Assembly (NCBI GenBank): GCA_041649575.1
Contig: JBAZMW010000001.1
Span: 90,001 to 122,000, forward strand
Origin: Patescibacteria group bacterium
GTDB lineage: Bacteria; Patescibacteriota; Patescibacteriia; 2-01-FULL-39-33
Length of the DNA: 32,000 bases
Direction of reading: 5' to 3'
Shown here: positions 21,638 through 27,596 of the stretch, piece by piece
How the letters are laid out: each line of letters starts with the position of its first letter
How positions within the stretch are numbered: position 1 is the stretch's first letter
Made by a program: the position numbers and the translations under genes
Notes under the pieces: generated by a model
Database searches by the model: none
Seen by the model: the letters and a program-made list of their open reading frames with translations, nothing else
What the model was told of the DNA's origin: nothing

Positions 21638-23107
21638 CTAAAAACAAATGATCCGCGATAGCTCAATGGTAGAGCAACCGGCTGTTAACCGGTAGGTTGC
21701 TGGTTCGAATCCAGCTCGCGGAGCCAAGAAACTAGATACGAACTCATTTTTTGAAGATGAGAGTGTTCGCTCGCCCAGCCCCGCCAATGGCGGGGCTGGC
21801 CTTCGCTCCGCGACGGCTTCGCCGTCGTTTTGGCGGGAAATGAAGCGAATTTTAATGCTTTCGGGGGAATAGAAAATGTTTGAAAGAAACTTTTTAGCAA
21901 AAAGATTTCTTTCAATTCCTTTGGTAGTTTTGAGTCCGGTAATGAAAAATTTTAGAGTGTCCGAAATGCTTTCGGTGGAAAATTTAGAGCATCCATCCGT
22001 TAGTTCGTATCCAGCGCGGTGTCCCGCTTGTTCGTCGTTGTTTAAGCGAAAAACAAGATTTTCAACATAATTTTTATCAACCGAAATGCGCTCTAAATTT
22101 TCCAAACAAAAATCTTCTAATCGTTCGGCGGACACTTGTTTTACTGAACACGCTTGCCAGTCCTGTTTCATCGTGGCGGTGCAACGATAGTAATAATAGC
22201 GGTTCAATTTTCCAGCGATATATTTGTTGGTAAAACAAGAAGTCATATTTGAACCACACTCTTCACATTTTATAAGTCCGCCGAACAGGAAGTTTTTGTA
22301 CACTCTAAAATTTTTCCGCTTTTCCTTATGAATTTTTTGAGCAAGGGCAAAAATTTCTTCTGAAATTATCGGCTTGTGAATACCTTGATAAATTTCGCCA
22401 TTGTGTAAAACCTTACCTATGTAGATAACATTTCGCAAAATGTGGCTGATATTTGTTTTAGAGAAATTTTTGCCTAACTTATTTTTGATACCTCTATCTT
22501 TCAGCATTTGGTAAGTTTTCGCCGTTGAGCCGGTTTCAATATAAGTTTCAAAAATTGATTTTATTTCTTCCGCTTCTTTTTGGTGCGGGATAAGTTTCTT
22601 ATCTTCTCGCTTGTAGCCATAAGGAGTTAGCCCGCCGTTTGCGAGCCCCTTTTTCGCGCGCTCCAACATTTTGTCTTTTGTTCTCTCGCTGGTTAGCTCT
22701 CGCTCAAATTGAGAAAAAGTGAGCATAATATTGCGAAGCAATCTTCCGGCGGGCGTTGAAGTATCAAACCTTTCCGTAATGGAAATAAAATCAATTTTTG
22801 CTTGCTCAAAAAATTCTATCAGTTGGTAAAAATCTTTTGGAGAACGAGTGAGCCGATCGATTTTGTAGACCAAAACCACATCAATTTTTTCTTTTTTCAA
22901 ATCAGCAAGTAATTCCTGCAAGGCGGGACGTTGTAAAATTGCGCCAGAAAATCCAGCGTCGTTATAAACTTTAAAAACCTGCCAATCATTTTGACTTTCG
23001 ATAAACGACCGGATTTTCTGCTCTTGCGCTTCGCAAGATGAAAATTCTTTTTCCGCTTGGTTATCAGTTGAAACTCTTGTATAAATGGCGCAATTTTTCA
23101 TATTCAT
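21638..23107 (-). CDS. Large serine recombinase (resolvase N-domain, Recombinase domain, zinc ribbon)
   Basis: CAIYTRVSTDNQAE catalytic Ser, VVLVYKIDRLTRSPKDF, GRLLRNIMLTFSQFERELTSERTKDKM, GGLIKCEECGSNM...YYYRCTATMKQDWQAC; C-terminus is read through IR1 and antisense to tRNA-Asn. Confidence 0.93.
   Translation of the reverse strand: MNMKNCAIYTRVSTDNQAEKEFSSCEAQEQKIRSFIESQNDWQVFKVYNDAGFSGAILQRPALQELLADLKKEKIDVVLVYKIDRLTRSPKDFYQLIEFFEQAKIDFISITERFDTSTPAGRLLRNIMLTFSQFERELTSERTKDKMLERAKKGLANGGLTPYGYKREDKKLIPHQKEAEEIKSIFETYIETGSTAKTYQMLKDRGIKNKLGKNFSKTNISHILRNVIYIGKVLHNGEIYQGIHKPIISEEIFALAQKIHKEKRKNFRVYKNFLFGGLIKCEECGSNMTSCFTNKYIAGKLNRYYYYRCTATMKQDWQACSVKQVSAERLEDFCLENLERISVDKNYVENLVFRLNNDEQAGHRAGYELTDGCSKFSTESISDTLKFFITGLKTTKGIERNLFAKKFLSNIFYSPESIKIRFISRQNDGEAVAERRPAPPLAGLGERTLSSSKNEFVSSFLAPRAGFEPATYRLTAGCSTIELSRIICF
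21652..21726 (+). tRNA. tRNA-Asn(GTT), CCA encoded
   Basis: Acceptor TCCGCGA/TCGCGGA, D arm, anticodon loop CTGTTAA (GTT), T arm TTGCTGGTTCGAATCCAGC, discriminator G then CCA. Confidence 0.95.
21720..21870. repeat. IR1 left copy (151 bp)
   Basis: Reverse complement of 23145-23295 with a single mismatch (ATTCGC vs ATCCGC). Confidence 0.97.
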
Positions 23108-23144
23108 AAATTTATATTATTAGTTTTTAAAAAGAAAAAATTGA

Positions 23145-23295
23145 ATTCCCCCGAAAGCATTAAAATCCGCTTCATTTCCCGCCAAAACGACGGCGAAGCC
23201 GTCGCGGAGCGAAGGCCAGCCCCGCCATTGGCGGGGCTGGGCGAGCGAACACTCTCATCTTCAAAAAATGAGTTCGTATCTAGTTTCTTGGCTCC
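23145..23295. repeat. IR1 right copy (151 bp)
   Basis: Reverse complement of 21720-21870 with one mismatch; shares the 8-bp core TTGGCTCC (23288-23295) with IR2. Confidence 0.97.
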
Positions 23296-23498
23296 CGAAT
23301 TAAAACCTTCGCAAACTTTTGAAATTATTTTGCCAAATCTGATACACAAATCCAAAAAGCGAAACCTGAAATGATACGCCCCGCCACTATTTTTCTGGGG
23401 CAAAGGAGGCGGGGCGACGGACTCGCCCGCGCAGAGGAGGGGTCTGGGGAGGAATCCGCGCGGGCTTCGGCTTTCCTTTTTGAAAAAATCGGCGGCTA
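23288..23498. repeat. IR2 left copy (211 bp)
   Basis: Reverse complement of 26466-26676; no mismatch seen on base-by-base reading. Confidence 0.97.
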
Positions 23499-23576
23499 AA
23501 AATTGAAGAAAAATAAAATTCATGTTAGTATAGTTGTGAGGGTTAAGTTCAACGCTCATACTTATACTATCATACT

Positions 23577-23786
23577 ATGGAAAGTAATAAAAAACAAATT
23601 GGGGATAAAATTAAAGCCGTCCGCACAAAACAAGGATTGACGCAGGATGCCCTTGCTCGAAAATGTGATATTCCCTACACAACACTGACAAAAATTGAAT
23701 CAAATGTCATAACCAAGCCGTCAATCCAAACAGTTGTTAAGATTGCCACAGGGTTGGGCATTTCAGTAGATGAACTTTTGAAATGA
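23577..23786 (+). CDS. XRE-family HTH regulator (first cargo gene)
   Basis: IGDKIKAVRTKQGLTQDALARKCDIPYTTLTKIESNVITKPSIQTVVKIATGLGISVDELL. Confidence 0.93.
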   Translation: MESNKKQIGDKIKAVRTKQGLTQDALARKCDIPYTTLTKIESNVITKPSIQTVVKIATGLGISVDELLK

Positions 23787-23787
23787 T

Positions 23788-25245
23788 ATGAAATTAACCT
23801 CGCTTACAATAAAAAATTTTCGAAGTATTGAAGAGGAAACTTTTGATATTACAGAAGTTGATAACACCTATACTTTTACGCTCATAGGCATTAACGAATC
23901 CGGGAAAAGTAGTTTTTTGAAAGCAGTTTCGTTGGTTGATAATGATGATGAAAAAGTTATTTTCCCTAAAGATTATTTTGAGGAAACAGAATCAATTAGC
24001 ATTGTTTTGAATTACGAGCTTGAAACACAAGAAGAAAAAGACCTAAAAAGTGCTCTTACAGAAAAGGGATTTGAGAAAGACATTTTATCAAAAATAAAGG
24101 TCGAACAGGTTTCTGTTTGTGCGACTTTTGAACCGGTGGCAAATGCACCAAAGAAAGTTTTTGATCAGATTACATTTCAGCAAAAAGTTTTTGACGACTA
24201 CACCTTACTTGGCGACAAACCTACTAAAAAAGACCCACAACAAACACAGGAGGATTTTGACATTGAGAAGTATTTTGAAGTGCATTTGCCGAAATATTTT
24301 TGGAAAATTGCTCACAGGATTGTTTTTTGGAAATCTGATAGTAAGCACCTTATCAATGAACAAATAAACCTTGATACATTTGCTGCTAACCCTGAAGAAA
24401 CATCAATCCCATTGATAAATTGCTTTGAGTTGGCTGGTGTGGCACAAGATCAAATTGTCTCGCAAGTTGCTAAACTAAAAACTGACGATGCTGAGATAGA
24501 TAATCTTGAAGAAAAGCTTGGAGACAAAGTAACTGCCCATATCAAGAAAGTTTGGTCTAATCATCCAATCAAAATAAAATTTAAGATAAATAATTCATTG
24601 CTAACACTTCTCGTTGAGGATGATAAAGTAAAATACAAATCAAAGACAACCGAGCAGAGAAGTGATGGCTTTCGGCAGTTTATTTCATTCCTCCTAACAA
24701 TTTCGGCAGAAAGCGCGACAAATCAGCTCTCTAATTCTTTGCTATTACTTGATGAGCCGGAAACCCATTTGCATCCCCAAGCACAAGAGTATTTGAAAGA
24801 CGAATTGATTAAGATAACGAGAAATGACGAAAACAACATCGTCTTTTTTGCCACGCACTCAAACTACATGATTGATAAGGAACATATTGAACGATGTTTT
24901 AGAGTTTCCAAACAATCAAACCGAAGGACAAAATTGGAAAAATTTCAAGCAGGTCAGAAATCATATGCGGAGGTAAACTATGAAGTTTTTAATATCGTAT
25001 CTTCTGACTACCACAACGAGCTATATGGATATTTAGAAGATGTAGACAAAACAAAATTAGATGGATTAGATAAAACGAAAAAGTGGAAGAATAAGAAAAA
25101 TAATGGTGTAGAGACAGATGTCTCATTGGCAACTTATATTCGACATTCAATCCATCATCCCGAAAATACACTTAATGCAAAATTCACTCCCGAAGAATTG
25201 GAGGGGTCAATTGAAAGTTTAAGAAAATTGAAATATGGAAACTAA
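23788..25245 (+). CDS. AAA/ABC-type ATPase (OLD/RecF-like) with HEPN-like Rx4H motif near the C-terminus
   Basis: N-terminal LTIKNFRSIEE, Walker A GINESGKSS, Walker B LLLLDEPETHLHP, FFATHSNYM, C-terminal ATYIRHSIHHPENTLNAKFTPEELEGSIESLRKL. Confidence 0.9.
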   Translation: MKLTSLTIKNFRSIEEETFDITEVDNTYTFTLIGINESGKSSFLKAVSLVDNDDEKVIFPKDYFEETESISIVLNYELETQEEKDLKSALTEKGFEKDILSKIKVEQVSVCATFEPVANAPKKVFDQITFQQKVFDDYTLLGDKPTKKDPQQTQEDFDIEKYFEVHLPKYFWKIAHRIVFWKSDSKHLINEQINLDTFAANPEETSIPLINCFELAGVAQDQIVSQVAKLKTDDAEIDNLEEKLGDKVTAHIKKVWSNHPIKIKFKINNSLLTLLVEDDKVKYKSKTTEQRSDGFRQFISFLLTISAESATNQLSNSLLLLDEPETHLHPQAQEYLKDELIKITRNDENNIVFFATHSNYMIDKEHIERCFRVSKQSNRRTKLEKFQAGQKSYAEVNYEVFNIVSSDYHNELYGYLEDVDKTKLDGLDKTKKWKNKKNNGVETDVSLATYIRHSIHHPENTLNAKFTPEELEGSIESLRKLKYGN

Positions 25246-25558
25246 AAATGTAAAATTTGTTGTTTTTGTTCCACTCTCTCACGCTGGCGCTGTGCGCCAA
25301 GCTCTTGGTGAAGCTGGAGCGGGAAAAATAGGAAATTATGACTTCTGCTCTTTTTCTTCTCGTGGCACCGGTCGCTTTCGCGGTAATGAAAATACAAATC
25401 CTACTATTGGCGAAGCCGGAAAATATGAAGCAGTTGAGGAAGAACGGATTGAGGTGATAGTGCCACGAGATATTTTGAGAGAAGTCATCGAAAAAGTAAA
25501 AAGTGTTCATCCATATGAGGAAGTCGCTTTTGATATTTATCCGCTAGAAAATATATGA
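25235..25558 (+). CDS. YqfO/NIF3 C-terminal (CutA/PII-like) domain protein
   Basis: VKFVVFVPLSHAGAVRQALGEAGAGKIGNYDFCSFSSRGTGRFRGNENTNPTIGEAGKYEAVEEERIEVIVP...VHPYEEVAFDIYPL. Confidence 0.85.
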   Translation: METKNVKFVVFVPLSHAGAVRQALGEAGAGKIGNYDFCSFSSRGTGRFRGNENTNPTIGEAGKYEAVEEERIEVIVPRDILREVIEKVKSVHPYEEVAFDIYPLENI

Positions 25559-26010
25559 CCGACAAACAATTTCTCCAAAAAGCAATAGAAAAAGCGAGAG
25601 AGTCTGTGGCACAGGGTGGTTTTCCTGCTGGTGCGATAGTCGTTAAAAATGGAGAAATTATCGGCGAAGGAGTTTCTGTCGGCAATAAACTGAACGACCC
25701 GACTAGCCACGGCGAAATGGCCTCAATTCGGGCGGCATGCAAAAACCTCAATACTTCCGATTTATCAAACTCGATACTCTATGCGTCCATGCAACCTTGC
25801 CTAATGTGCCTCGGTGCGTCTATGTGGAGCGCGATACCGAAAATCGTTTTTGCATGCCCCAAAGAGAAAGTATCGACTGAATACTACGGCGGACATTACA
25901 AGCCGTCTGCTATCAACGCAGAACTAACTCGTCCGATTGAATTAGTCCATTTCGCCGAACTGGAGAACGAATCGTTGACGATCGTCCGCGAGTGGGAAAA
26001 ATCATTATGA
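25555..26010 (+). CDS. CDA-fold nucleoside/nucleobase deaminase (guanine deaminase / TadA-like)
   Basis: Zinc motifs HGEMASI and PCLMCLGA; GGFPAGAIVVKNGEIIGEG. ATGA overlap with the previous gene. Confidence 0.9.
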   Translation: MTDKQFLQKAIEKARESVAQGGFPAGAIVVKNGEIIGEGVSVGNKLNDPTSHGEMASIRAACKNLNTSDLSNSILYASMQPCLMCLGASMWSAIPKIVFACPKEKVSTEYYGGHYKPSAINAELTRPIELVHFAELENESLTIVREWEKSL

Positions 26011-26468
26011 ACACCGACAAACTCGCAAAATTTCTAAACGAAGCAAACAAAGCGACCTACGCCAATAAAACTGCGCCAAAAGTCGCACCCTCTCGTTTAA
26101 AGTCAGAGGATTACCAATTTGAAAAAGACGGACTAATTTATCACGATACTTATTTTGGTGGGCGCGACTTTATCGGCGAGGAAATCGTATACGAAAATGA
26201 GAAACCAGCATGGGGCGCAAATTATTTTGGTTTCGTGCTTGATAAAAGTATTAGCGAGAAAGATGTATACGATTTTCTGCGCCGTGCGCTCATGCAGGAA
26301 TATAATGATGTGATTCCAGTACGAGGACCAAGCAACTTTTCCGTTGACGACAAAGAATATCGTTTTGTTGTGAATGGCGACCTTGCCAATTTCTCTGGCA
26401 CAGAGGAAATTTTATTTGACGGAAAAGTTGTTTATCGCTGTCTAATACACGGAGGATTTATTAGATAG
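26007..26468 (+). CDS. DUF5680-like protein
   Basis: LAKFLNEANKATYANK...LIYHDTYFGGRDFIGEEIVYENEKPAWGANYFGFV; ATGA overlap at 26007 favours this start over 25992. Confidence 0.75.
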   Translation: MNTDKLAKFLNEANKATYANKTAPKVAPSRLKSEDYQFEKDGLIYHDTYFGGRDFIGEEIVYENEKPAWGANYFGFVLDKSISEKDVYDFLRRALMQEYNDVIPVRGPSNFSVDDKEYRFVVNGDLANFSGTEEILFDGKVVYRCLIHGGFIR

Positions 26469-26676
26469 CCGCCGATTTTTTCAAAAAGGAAAGCCGAAGC
26501 CCGCGCGGATTCCTCCCCAGACCCCTCCTCTGCGCGGGCGAGTCCGTCGCCCCGCCTCCTTTGCCCCAGAAAAATAGTGGCGGGGCGTATCATTTCAGGT
26601 TTCGCTTTTTGGATTTGTGTATCAGATTTGGCAAAATAATTTCAAAAGTTTGCGAAGGTTTTAATTCGGGAGCCAA
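26466..26676. repeat. IR2 right copy (211 bp)
   Basis: Reverse complement of 23288-23498; begins at the TAG stop of the last cargo gene and ends at GGAGCCAA. Confidence 0.97.
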
Positions 26677-26688
26677 ATTGTATGTTCG

Positions 26689-26716
26689 CCACCCTTATGG
26701 GTGGTGTTTTGTTTTT
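26689..26716 (+). terminator. Rho-independent terminator, probably the displaced tRNA-Asn terminator
   Basis: Stem CCACCC-TTAT-GGGTGG followed by TGTTTTGTTTTT, 12 bp beyond the right element end. Confidence 0.75.
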
Positions 26717-26746
26717 GATTTATTTTTTTGTTATAATCTAGATAAG

Positions 26747-27142
26747 ATGAACACCTACAACTGGTATTCACAACTCATCAAACCATTATGGTCACCGCCA
26801 AGCTGGCTTTTTGGACCGGTGTGGACGGTGTTATACGCGATTATAGTCGTTTCTTTCGGCACGGTGTTTTATAAAATGCTTACAGGCAAAATTACTTGGA
26901 TTGTCGCTTTACCGTTTGTGCTCAATCTAGTTTTCAATTTTATTTTTACGCCAATTCAATTTGGACTTAAAAATAATCTTTTGGCGGCAATAGACATTTT
27001 GCTCGTTCTTGGCACACTCGTTTGGGCAATGGCGGCCATTTATCCGTATGCTCGTTGGATCGCATACATCCAAATCCCGCACTTGCTCTGGGTTTCGTTC
27101 GCGACTGTTTTACAATTAACCATTACTTATTTGAATAGATAG
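26747..27142 (+). CDS. tspO: TspO/MBR family protein
   Basis: WYSQLIKPLWSPPSWLFGPVWTVLYAIIVVSFG; start at ATG 26747, because the longer ORF in the track only reads through IR2. Confidence 0.92.
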   Translation: MNTYNWYSQLIKPLWSPPSWLFGPVWTVLYAIIVVSFGTVFYKMLTGKITWIVALPFVLNLVFNFIFTPIQFGLKNNLLAAIDILLVLGTLVWAMAAIYPYARWIAYIQIPHLLWVSFATVLQLTITYLNR

Positions 27143-27230
27143 ACGGCACGCTAGTCAATATTGGCACGAAATTCGGCATCAGGGTTTTTTAAAAAATTCG
27201 TATTTTAATTAAAAGGCGGAGCTATTAAAC

Positions 27231-27410
27231 ATGAATAAAAATGGAATTAGAATATTATATTTTATTCTTGCCATACTGCTCGGTATTTTTATGTTTGTAT
27301 ATGGCGGATTTGACGATAGTCCCGGGGGACAACTTATAGGGGTAATAGTAATTATTATCGGAATTATAGGATTGATAAAGCGCAAGAAAAAAATTTCATT
27401 CACCAAATAG
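27231..27410 (+). CDS. 59-aa two-TM small membrane protein (absent from the supplied ORF track)
   Basis: MNKNGIRILYFILAILLGIFMFVYGGFDDSPGGQLIGVIVIIIGIIGLIKRKKKISFTK, preceded by AAGGCGGAG. Confidence 0.6.
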   Translation: MNKNGIRILYFILAILLGIFMFVYGGFDDSPGGQLIGVIVIIIGIIGLIKRKKKISFTK

Positions 27411-27469
27411 AGCAATGATTTAAGTTAACGCATGTCCTGATTTTATTAATGAGGCGGAGTTAGCAAGAG

Positions 27470-27497
27470 TAACCCCTATTTCAGGGGTTATTTTTTT
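27470..27497 (+). terminator. Rho-independent terminator
   Basis: Stem TAACCCCT / AGGGGTTA followed by TTTTTTT. Confidence 0.85.
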
Positions 27498-27596
27498 AAC
27501 TAGCAAATCCTGCAAACTGTTCATTATAAATTCTGATTAAAAAAACGAGGGCGGAGAAAACAAGTTCCCCGCCCTATAAAACGACTCGGTCGCGTT

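Larger units (their letters stand above)
21720..26676. mobile_element. Integrated serine-recombinase element at the tRNA-Asn 3' end carrying a five-gene cargo operon
   Basis: GGAGCCAA direct copies at both ends (21720-21727 overlapping the tRNA 3' end; 26669-26676), large serine recombinase inside, cassette-flanking inverted repeats, probable tRNA terminator just beyond the right end. Confidence 0.85.

Noticed and set aside
21422-21661. 79-aa ORF downstream of rpoD (MTAAGFF...SEMGRGHRPRRAEASKARVDECD...)
   Set aside because: It crosses a terminator, the structured insert and the tRNA duplicate; better explained as RNA or repeat sequence than protein.
23104-23559. 151-aa minus-strand ORF across the middle repeat block
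   Set aside because: It merely reads through IR2 left and IR1 right; no domain-like sequence, and its segments duplicate non-coding arm sequence.
23788-25245. Calling the ATPase part of a Gabija or retron system
   Set aside because: No UvrD-like helicase (GajB), no reverse transcriptase and no HNH partner adjacent; no Toprim domain recognized in the tail.
26561-26746. N-terminal extension of the TspO ORF in the track
   Set aside because: These 62 codons derive from IR2 and the intergenic region; the TspO family N-terminus begins at ATG 26747.
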